Source of the DNA: Phycisphaerae bacterium
GTDB lineage: Bacteria; Planctomycetota; Phycisphaerae; UBA1845
Reading direction: 5' to 3'
Length of the DNA stretch: 64,000 bases
Assembly (NCBI GenBank): GCA_963666835.2
Contig: CAXXGO010000006.1
Span: 2,272,001 to 2,336,000, forward strand
This document shows positions 29,805-38,500 of the stretch, piece after piece (positions within the stretch are counted from its first letter, which is position 1; each line of letters starts with the position of its first letter). Made by a program: the position numbers and the translations under genes. The notes under the pieces are model-generated. The model worked only from the letters and a program-made list of their open reading frames with translations. It was not told the DNA's origin and did not search any database.

Positions 29805-31304
29805 ATGGTTGAGCGGATTACCGACGAGAACGTAGTATCGATCCACGTCGGGCCGGCGTCGTACTCGACGCAGGCGCCGTACCATCCGACGGACGTGTTC
29901 CCGGAATACCCGTTTTCCGGGTCGGTGGATGGCTGCGAGCCGAACCACGCCTATCGCGCGGTCCGGGGTGCGTTGGAGCTTCTGGGGTTGGACCGCGAGA
30001 AGGCCGGCACGGCCGACTGGAACCCGCTGGGGAGCGTATTGCAGCCGGGACAGACTGTGGTGCTCAAGCCTAACTTCGTTAGAGATTTCCGAGAGAGCAA
30101 TCCCGACCACGGAAACTGTCTTATAACGCACGGCGCTGTTATCCGGGCCGCGGTCGATTACGCGTATATAGCGCTGCAGGGTAAAGGGCGGCTCATCATC
30201 GCCGATGCGCCCCAGAACGATGCCGATTTTGAAGCTATCCGTGGCATCGCCGGACTGGATGAGATCCGGAACTTCTATCAGCGCGAGGCCGGCTTCGAGA
30301 TAGAGGTGTATGACCTGCGTCCGGAGCGGGCTCGGAAGATCGACGGCGTGATCGTTGGTCATGTGCCGCTTCCCGGTGATCCGGCCGGTTACGTCAAGGT
30401 CGATCTCGGTCGGCATTCGGCCTTTACGGAGATCAATCACCTGTGTCACCTGCTCTATGGGGCGGAATACGACACCCGCGAGCTGCGCCGGCACCACCAT
30501 GACGATGTGCACGAATATCTGATCTCCAAGACGGTTCTGGATGCCGATTGCGTGATCAGCCTTCCCAAGCTCAAGACGCACAAGAAGGTCGGCCTGACGG
30601 TCAACATGAAGAATCTGGTCGGCATCAACGGTAACAAGAACTGGCTGCCTCACCATCGCGAAGGAACACCCGCCCAAGGCGGCGACCAGTTCCCCGACGA
30701 TCGACTGAAGCATCGGGTGGAACGAGCGGTGGTGGCCTGCTTCAAACGGGTCTTTCCGAAACTCGGTCCGCTGCGCGCCTTCGTCGCGCGGCCGATCAAG
30801 GCGGCCGGGAAGAGTGTTTTCGGCGACACGAACAACGGAGCAATCCGCTCCGGCAACTGGCACGGGAACGACACGACCTGGCGGATGGTGATCGATCTGA
30901 ACCGGATCCTGCTGTACGCAAAGAGCGACGGCACGCTCAGCGACCGCCGCGCGCGGAACTTCTTCAGTATCGTGGACGGTATCATCGGCGGCGAAGGCAA
31001 CGGCCCCCTAGACCCGACCCCGAAACCCTCCGGCATAGTCCTAGCCGGTACAAACCCGGTGGCAGTAGACACGGCGTGTGCGCGAGTGATGGGGTTTGAT
31101 TGTCGGCGGTTGCCGTTGTTGTGCCACGTGGTTCAGGGGGAGCGTCTCTCCCTTGCGGGGTTTGGGCTCGATGATGTAATCGCCCATTCCAATGCCGAGA
31201 GATTCGACCGTGCATTAACTTCGACTATGACGCCCACGCTGGCATTCGAGCCACACGCGGGGTGGAAGGGATATTTAGACATTGGTTCGCGGACGGGCGA
31301 CTAA
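29805..31304 (+). CDS. DUF362-domain (putative Fe-S) protein
   Basis: VVLKPNFV, THGAVIRA, ADCVISLPKLKTHKK.GLT..MKNLVG, DGIIGGEGNGP, NPVAVD. Start 29805 (ATG) or 29778 (GTG). Confidence 0.82.
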   Translation: MVERITDENVVSIHVGPASYSTQAPYHPTDVFPEYPFSGSVDGCEPNHAYRAVRGALELLGLDREKAGTADWNPLGSVLQPGQTVVLKPNFVRDFRESNPDHGNCLITHGAVIRAAVDYAYIALQGKGRLIIADAPQNDADFEAIRGIAGLDEIRNFYQREAGFEIEVYDLRPERARKIDGVIVGHVPLPGDPAGYVKVDLGRHSAFTEINHLCHLLYGAEYDTRELRRHHHDDVHEYLISKTVLDADCVISLPKLKTHKKVGLTVNMKNLVGINGNKNWLPHHREGTPAQGGDQFPDDRLKHRVERAVVACFKRVFPKLGPLRAFVARPIKAAGKSVFGDTNNGAIRSGNWHGNDTTWRMVIDLNRILLYAKSDGTLSDRRARNFFSIVDGIIGGEGNGPLDPTPKPSGIVLAGTNPVAVDTACARVMGFDCRRLPLLCHVVQGERLSLAGFGLDDVIAHSNAERFDRALTSTMTPTLAFEPHAGWKGYLDIGSRTGD

Positions 31305-32721
31305 AGCGCTTTCACGCAAGAACATCTGGGAAGCCCTGCCTCGCCCAGTGAAAACAGTAGCGGGGGCGGCGTTGGGCAGATTCCCCGTGGCGTACCTGCT
31401 GGGTAGCAGTTTTCGGCGACACCGCGCGCTAGCCCGACAAGCAGACCGGTGGAGCGCTGACGAAGCTCGGGATTACCAGTTGGAACGGTGTCGGCGTATA
31501 TGCCGGCTTGCGTATGAGCAGACACCCTATTATCGAAGGAGCTTCGACGAGGTTGGCTTCGACCCACGCGGGATGAACTCGCTAAGCGATCTTCGCTTGT
31601 TGCTGACTATCGATAAGCACGTTGTCCGGGACCACTTAGGCGAGATGTGTACGGTTGCACCGACTTCGCCGGGTGTAGACTTCGTGTCAACGGGCGGCAC
31701 GGGTGGTGAGCCCTTGAACTTCTACATTGGAGCCGGTCGATCGGCCGTCGAATACGCCCACCTCGTAACGAGTTGGGGGCGGGCCGGCTATCGGCTGGGA
31801 ACGCCGATGGCCGTGATTCGCGGCAGGATAGTGCCCGAGAACCGTAGCGGCCTTCGGCATGAGTACGATCCTCTTCTGCGGCATCACTACTACAGCAACT
31901 TCCACATGACCGACGCGAATATGGAGCGGTACCTGCGGCATATTGCCGGGCTGGGACCATGCTACCTGCATGTCTACCCATCGTCCGTGGCGGCCCTCGC
32001 TCGTTACATCCGTCGCTCGGGTTCCGCGCCACCGGCCAATATCGGTGGCATCATCGCCGAGTCGGAGAACGTCTACGCTGAGCAGAGGAGCATGGTTGAG
32101 GAGACTTTCGGCTGTCGATACCTTTCCTGTTACGGCCACAGCGAGAAGCTGGTCGGTGGCGCGGAGTGCGAACACTCGACAGACTATCATATATGGCCCA
32201 CGTACGGTTTCTTTGAGCTGTTAGACAGTAACGGTGATCCCGTGACCACACCCGGCGAACGCGGCGAGATTGTCGGCACGGGGTTCATCAACACCGTGAT
32301 GCCGTTCATCCGATATCGAACGGGTGACTTCGCCACGTACATGGGCGACCGCTGCCCGGCCTGTGGGCGAGAGCAGGTCATCATCGCCGACATCCGCGGC
32401 CACAACACGCAGGAGTTCCTGATTGCGCAAGACGGCTCCGCGATCTCTTGGACCGCGCTGAATATGCACGATGACACGTTCGCTAATGTCCGGCAGTTTC
32501 AGTTCCATCAGGAGGCTCCGGGACAAGCGACCCTTCGTGTCGTACCGGCCGAGCGTTTCGGAGATCGTGACAGCACGCGGATCCAGCAGGGTATGCGACG
32601 CAAACTTGCCGATCGCGTAGAGGTCAGTATCGAGCTCGCCGAGGTAATCCCATTGTCGCCGATGGGTAAAATGATCTACGTTGATCAGGAATTACCGGCG
32701 GCCGAGCCAAGCCGCGAGTGA
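31282..32721 (+). CDS. CapK / phenylacetate-CoA-ligase-like adenylate-forming enzyme
   Basis: STGGTGGEP P-loop, YGHSEK, GEIVGTGF.N.VMPFIRYRTGD, GK near the C-terminus. Start uncertain. Confidence 0.85.
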   Translation: MVRGRATKALSRKNIWEALPRPVKTVAGAALGRFPVAYLLGSSFRRHRALARQADRWSADEARDYQLERCRRICRLAYEQTPYYRRSFDEVGFDPRGMNSLSDLRLLLTIDKHVVRDHLGEMCTVAPTSPGVDFVSTGGTGGEPLNFYIGAGRSAVEYAHLVTSWGRAGYRLGTPMAVIRGRIVPENRSGLRHEYDPLLRHHYYSNFHMTDANMERYLRHIAGLGPCYLHVYPSSVAALARYIRRSGSAPPANIGGIIAESENVYAEQRSMVEETFGCRYLSCYGHSEKLVGGAECEHSTDYHIWPTYGFFELLDSNGDPVTTPGERGEIVGTGFINTVMPFIRYRTGDFATYMGDRCPACGREQVIIADIRGHNTQEFLIAQDGSAISWTALNMHDDTFANVRQFQFHQEAPGQATLRVVPAERFGDRDSTRIQQGMRRKLADRVEVSIELAEVIPLSPMGKMIYVDQELPAAEPSRE

Positions 32722-32729
32722 TCTAAACG

Positions 32730-34085
32730 ATGCGCGTCTACGCTCTATACCTTGCAGTTGCATTCCTGTCGATCTACGCCTATCGACATTGGTATCGCTC
32801 GCTTTGCGGCTTGATCCTCCTTATGGCGGTCATTGAGCACCCTGACATGCCGAGGGGGATTATGGGCGTGCAGGGTCTAAGCCCGTGGAACGTGTTGTTG
32901 ATCAGCGTCCTCGTTGGATGGGCCATTAACCGCCGACGTGAGCGCCTCGTGTGGGATATGCCGAGGCATATGAACATCCTGCTACTGATGTATGCTCTCG
33001 TGGTCGTGGTGGGTTTCTTTCGGATGATCGTTGACCGCGAGCATCTTGAGGAGTTTGCGGCGATTGACCTGGTCAGCGAGCATCTTATCAACACGGTCAA
33101 ATGGGTAATCCCTGGTTTGTTGCTTTTTGAAGGGAGTCGCTCGCGGCGTCGAGTGTTGCTGGGATTGGCGTCGGTGCTGGTTGTGTACCTGCTGCTCGCC
33201 GTCCAAGTGATTCGCTGGATGCCTCCGAGTGCAGCAGGTAGTGCGGCAAGCCTGTCTTCGCGGAGCAACAAGATCATTCAGAATGAAATAGGTTACTCCC
33301 GGGTCAACATGTCCAGAATATTGGCCGGAGGCTCTTGGGCTTTTCTGGCGGTACTTCCGATGGCCCGACGGACGTGGCACCGGAGTGCGACCGTCGGGTT
33401 GTTTCTGCTGATTGCGTATGCGCAGGCGTTGACCGGCGGACGGATGGGGTATGTAACTTGGGGAGCTGTGGGTTTGGCGATGTGCTTGTTACGCTGGCGC
33501 CGGTATGTGTTTCTGTTCCCCGTGGTAGCGGTGGGCATTGGATTGACCCTGCCAGGGGTGGTTGAGCGTACGCTGCAAGGGTTCGGGACGACGGACGTTG
33601 CCGGGGAGACATTCACCGATGACTATGTGGTGACAGCAGGGCGCACTCTCGCGTGGCCGCTCGTGCTGGAACAGATTGCCGCGTCGCCGCTAGTAGGGCA
33701 CGGTCGAGAGGCAATGGTGCGCTCGGGCGTGACGGAGTACATGCGCCAAGAGTATGGCGCGGCGGACGCGTTTCCGCACCCGCATAATGCATACTTGGAG
33801 CTGGTTCTCGACAACGGGATTATTGGGTTTGGCGTGGTCGTGCCGTTGTTCTGTCTGGTTTTGAGCCGTGCGGCGCTTCTGTTTAAGAACGACCGCGATC
33901 CAATGGGAGTCGCAGTTGGAGGCGTCGGGGGGGCATTGATCCTTGCTTTGCTCGTGGCCGGTATGGGCAGCCAGACGTTCTACCCGAGAGAAGCGGAAGT
34001 CGCCATGTGGGGCGCGATCGGGCTCGTGCTGCGTCTGTGGGTAGAGCGGCGAAATAGACGATACGGTTGCAGTCCTGTGGGCTGA
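32730..34085 (+). CDS. O-antigen ligase / Wzy polymerase family membrane protein
   Basis: Multi-TM protein with LTGGRMG, AGRTLAW..SPLVGHG and HPHNAYLELVLDNGIIG motifs. Confidence 0.85.
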   Translation: MRVYALYLAVAFLSIYAYRHWYRSLCGLILLMAVIEHPDMPRGIMGVQGLSPWNVLLISVLVGWAINRRRERLVWDMPRHMNILLLMYALVVVVGFFRMIVDREHLEEFAAIDLVSEHLINTVKWVIPGLLLFEGSRSRRRVLLGLASVLVVYLLLAVQVIRWMPPSAAGSAASLSSRSNKIIQNEIGYSRVNMSRILAGGSWAFLAVLPMARRTWHRSATVGLFLLIAYAQALTGGRMGYVTWGAVGLAMCLLRWRRYVFLFPVVAVGIGLTLPGVVERTLQGFGTTDVAGETFTDDYVVTAGRTLAWPLVLEQIAASPLVGHGREAMVRSGVTEYMRQEYGAADAFPHPHNAYLELVLDNGIIGFGVVVPLFCLVLSRAALLFKNDRDPMGVAVGGVGGALILALLVAGMGSQTFYPREAEVAMWGAIGLVLRLWVERRNRRYGCSPVG

Positions 34086-34326
34086 TCTAGGAAGCGGTGA
34101 CAAGCAGTTTGGTTGCAGCCGGCGTCCTTGGTCTCTTTGGCCGGGAGAACGACGGCGGGGGGCGTTGCAGGCGGTGGGTGACATTTGCACCGGAGAGGCT
34201 TCGGGATGAGCGAACGAGTGACGGTAGCATGCTACGGGGAGCGTGAGAATGCAGGGGAAGCATACGGGCGGCAGTATGTCGTTGGTGCCTGCCGTCACGG
34301 AGAGATATATTACAGGAGGAGAGCTC

Positions 34327-35466
34327 ATGGCGGATTCGGGGCGCGAAAGGCAATCGCCTGAAGGTAAACTGCCCGAGGAAGGCGCGAGTGGAGAAGTGGC
34401 TGGTGAGCCCATAAGATTGTCGTGGAAGCGGCGGCTGCTTTATGTGAGTGTGGTCCTCGTGGTTCTTTCGACATGTCTGGTAATCGGCGCCGAGTGGGCT
34501 TTGAGGTGTTTTGCGCCGCAGCCGCTCATTCCAAGGTACGTTACGGATTCGGGATTTGGAATTCGCGTTCACTGTTCGAACATCGCGATACACCATACGA
34601 CCGCGGATTACCGCATAAGCGTTCGTACGAATTCCATTGGCAGCCGTGCGGACCGTGAGTTTACGTATGCGAAACCGCCAGATGTGTTGCGGATTGTCGG
34701 CCTGGGAGACTCGTTTACCTTCGGGTATGGTGTCTCTGTGGAAGATACGTATTTGGCGCGCCTGGAGCGCCTTCTGCGAGCGGACGGGCTGAATGTGGAG
34801 GTGATCAATCTCGGTGTGTCCGGTCACGGCACGGCGGAGGAGCTTATCATGCTCGGGCAGCGCGGTTTGAAGTTCTCGCCGGACCTTGTAATAGTAGGAT
34901 ACTGTACAAACGACATTGGTGATAACGTCCGATCGATGTTGTATGGGCTTGACGAGCGAGGCGATCTTGCGCGAAGGAATAGCGAGTACCTCCCCGCAGT
35001 GGGTGTCCGAGACCGGCTTTACTCGATGGCAGCCTACCGTTTTCTGGCGGAACGTTCGCATCTGCTGTACTTTGTGCGCCGGAACCTGTCCGAGCTCGTG
35101 CAGAAACGTCTCCATCGAGATCATGCTGTGGCCGAGGGGTTGGACGGTGATGGGGAACAGCGTTTGACTGGGGCTCTTCTCGATGAGATTAAACGGACAT
35201 GCACGGAGAGGGGTGTTGGTTTTTGTCTACTGGATATCCCTGACGCGCACCGGATCGAAAGCAACCTGCCGCTTGCATACATGCACGGTGTTTCGGAGGA
35301 GGATGTTGTGGATGTTCGGCCGGCCCTCAAGGCGCGATTGCCCAAAGAAGAGGTTTATTGGAGGCGGTCTGATGGCCATTGGACACCAGCGGGACACGAG
35401 ATCGCAGCGAACGCGCTCCACGACTGGATCCGCAAAGCGGGCGGCCCGCTGTGCGGCGGTGGTTGA
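34327..35466 (+). CDS. SGNH/GDSL hydrolase-family protein (probable polysaccharide O-acyl transferase/esterase), N-terminal membrane anchor
   Basis: LGDSFTFG, NLGVSG, CTND, DGHWTPAGH. ATG 34327 is preceded by AGGAGGA. Confidence 0.85.
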   Translation: MADSGRERQSPEGKLPEEGASGEVAGEPIRLSWKRRLLYVSVVLVVLSTCLVIGAEWALRCFAPQPLIPRYVTDSGFGIRVHCSNIAIHHTTADYRISVRTNSIGSRADREFTYAKPPDVLRIVGLGDSFTFGYGVSVEDTYLARLERLLRADGLNVEVINLGVSGHGTAEELIMLGQRGLKFSPDLVIVGYCTNDIGDNVRSMLYGLDERGDLARRNSEYLPAVGVRDRLYSMAAYRFLAERSHLLYFVRRNLSELVQKRLHRDHAVAEGLDGDGEQRLTGALLDEIKRTCTERGVGFCLLDIPDAHRIESNLPLAYMHGVSEEDVVDVRPALKARLPKEEVYWRRSDGHWTPAGHEIAANALHDWIRKAGGPLCGGG

Positions 35467-35595
35467 TTCACGGTTCTAACGGTTGTGGCATGTTGTCATG
35501 TAGCGAGGGCAACTGCGCATACCTCATGTTCGTCCGGTGAGTTGGCATCCCGCGCGTATCCGTGCTGTCTGACATCTGCGCCCTGGCCGAGGGAA

Positions 35596-38500
35596 TCACT
35601 CGTACGCACCAGCATCCGTGGCCATGCCGGTAGTCCGCGGGGCGCCATCGTTGTCCACGGCAATACTAATGCCGTAGCGTGTGAGAAACTCAGTATAGAC
35701 GTACTCAGCCATTCCAATATCGATTGCAGGGCTGTTGGATTGCAGATGGAAATCCAGGCCCTGGGCGTCAAGGAACCGGGGATCTGCGTCAACACAGCCG
35801 GCTGCACGGTCAATCGCTTGTAGCTGCGGTAGACTGTAGACGTTATTCCGCCAGCGGACCGACGCATAGTCTCCGCCCTGATATAGGAGCGAGTTGTCCA
35901 GGCTCCACGTTGTTGTACCTGCTGGATCTTCAATAAAAACATGATTACCCTCGGGCTCGGTGAGGTTGGCGATCAGGTTGTTGGCCATGCTGTATTGCCC
36001 GCCGCCTGGGCCATTAAGGCCAGCATCGACATCATAAATGGTGTTGTTCACGATGTACCTGTTGACGCCACCCGCAAGCATGATCCCTGCCTGCGACCAC
36101 GCCGTGCTCGGCGTATACGATCCAATGTGGTGAATACTGTGGATGACATTGCCGACGATGTACGCGTCTTGGCCAAAACCGCCACTGCTGTTGCTGCCCG
36201 CGTAGATGCCGTACTCACAGTTGTAGACTGTGTTGTGAAGGAACCAGACACGCTCCGGTTGGTACTGGAAGCCAAGCCCGATACTCGGGTTCCATGATGT
36301 CTTGACAATATCATGGACGTCATTCTGTGAGAATATCACGTCGACGGCTTGCTTTGAGTAGATACCCCCCTGGCGACACGAGTACACGTGGTTGCGGCCG
36401 GCATAGATGTGGTGCGTCGTCGGCATCGAGCCGATATTTCCCGCGTTAACGATTACGCCATCTCCGCTGTTGTTGTACAGCTCGCTATCCAGAATCGAGA
36501 CGTTGGACGCCCCCTTCGCGACGCCGACGGCGTTGTGGTCATCATCATTAGGCGATGCCATATCACCGTTATCGTGGACCGTGCAGTTGAAGATGACTAT
36601 GTGTGCGGCCAAGTCAGCGCCGAATGAGCCGATCATGACGCACGATCCCATTCGATGATGGAGATCGCTGTTTCTGAGCGCGATGTGTTCACATGGGGCG
36701 ATGATCTCAAAACCGGCATAGTCATTCACAGTACCGTCTACATCGAGGTTCTCGAAGACCATGTACGTTGCGTTATTCGACACCGAGAACTTCCAGCCGA
36801 ACCGTGGTGGGTCTAGCGGATTACCGGTGATGAAGATCGGATTCGATGCAGTTCCGTTGCCGTTGAAGGAGCGGTATCCCCCATTGCCATATGTTCCGCC
36901 ATGGATGTAGATTAGAGTGCCGGCCTGGAGGCCAGTGGTACTGGGTAGGCTGGCCCGGGGTGTGTCGGGCGATCCATTGGGGTTTCCACTGTCTGTGGCG
37001 CTTGGATGAGAATTGTCGACGTAGTAATGGAGCGGGTTGGCCGCGTTGTAGGGCGGCGCTACCTCTTTAATCCCAAACTCCGGACCCGGGATGCCGATGG
37101 GGGCGGTCCAGGCGGTGAAATCCTGGTTGCTCAGGCCGCTGCCGGGGACGGAGGAGACGGACAGTGTCTCCGGAGTCAAAAAGACGCGGCTGGGGTCTTC
37201 GGCTTCGATGGTGCCGGTCCAACCTTCGGGCACGCCGCGGACGTACGTGCCGTCCACGTCGGTGAGGGCCAGATAGTCCTCGCCGGCGGAGCTTCCGGTA
37301 CCGGTGAAGATCAGACCGTGCTGGCCAATCGGAGGCCTGGCGCCAACGGTATCGACCAGGGTAATGGTGCCGGACACGAACGCTCCGGTGGCGGTGCCGA
37401 CGAAATCCTGGTCGGTTTGAGCAGAAGTCACGTCCGTGTAGTCAACCGAGGCCGGTGCGAAGGTGAACATCGCGTGAGTCGGCGTGACCGTGCCGGACCA
37501 TCCGCTGGAAACCGAAAGCGCGTACTCGCCGTCGCCGTCAGTCGAAGCTGAGCCGCCGCCGTTGTCGGCCACCACCTGCACACTCGAAATCACCGTTCCC
37601 AGGTCATCAGTTATCACGCCCGAGATAGTCACCGACGGCTCGCCGGTGGCTTCGCACTCGCCGTTGGCCGGATTGCAGGCCTGTCCGGTGGGGCAGTCGA
37701 CCGGCGTGTTCTCACACACGGTATCCACGCACGCATCGACAGTACAAGCGTCGCCGTCGTCGCAATCGGCCGCGCCGGTGCATTCGGGCTCTTCACCGCC
37801 TGCGGACTCAAGCCTTGGGAGGATACCGGCATCCGAGCTGCCCGCGTCCACATTGTGAAGTTCGATAGCCAAGATGTTCGTGCCGGTCTCAAGCAGGCCC
37901 GGCGTGACCGTGATCGTGAACTCCTCCTCAGGATCTTCCTCGTCGTGGCCGGCCGTGGTGAGCGTGTCGTAGTCGACCGGATCCACCATGTTGTCGCTAC
38001 GGGCGACCTCCTGACCGTTGATGTAGGCGATGAAGCCATCGTCGTAGACGGCGCCTAAGGTCAAGGCGGCGTGTTCGCTCGGGTCGGCGACAGTGAATGC
38101 CCGCCTCATGAACACACTGACGTAATTGTCGGACATGTCATCCAGCTCGGTTGCGTAGCTGATGTCACTGCTATAACCGATACCGGTGGGCCCGCTCAGC
38201 CAAGCGCCGTCTGAGAAATCGGCATCCGCCCAGTTCGCCGGTGGAGCGGTGGTTCCCTTGAAGTAGCGCCATGTGTCGCCAACCGCTATCCACTCATCCT
38301 CGACAGGGCCTGCCGGCTCGCAGGTGTCGGCATCCTCATCACAAGTCTCGTCGACCTGGCACGGGTCTCCGCTCGACACGCAGTTATTAACCGCGTCACA
38401 GCTCTCCGTACCGTTGCAGTACAAGCCGTCGTCCGGGCAATTCGCATCGTTGGCGACATTATCACACGAGTCGGTAGCTTCGTTGCACGAGTCGTCGGTG

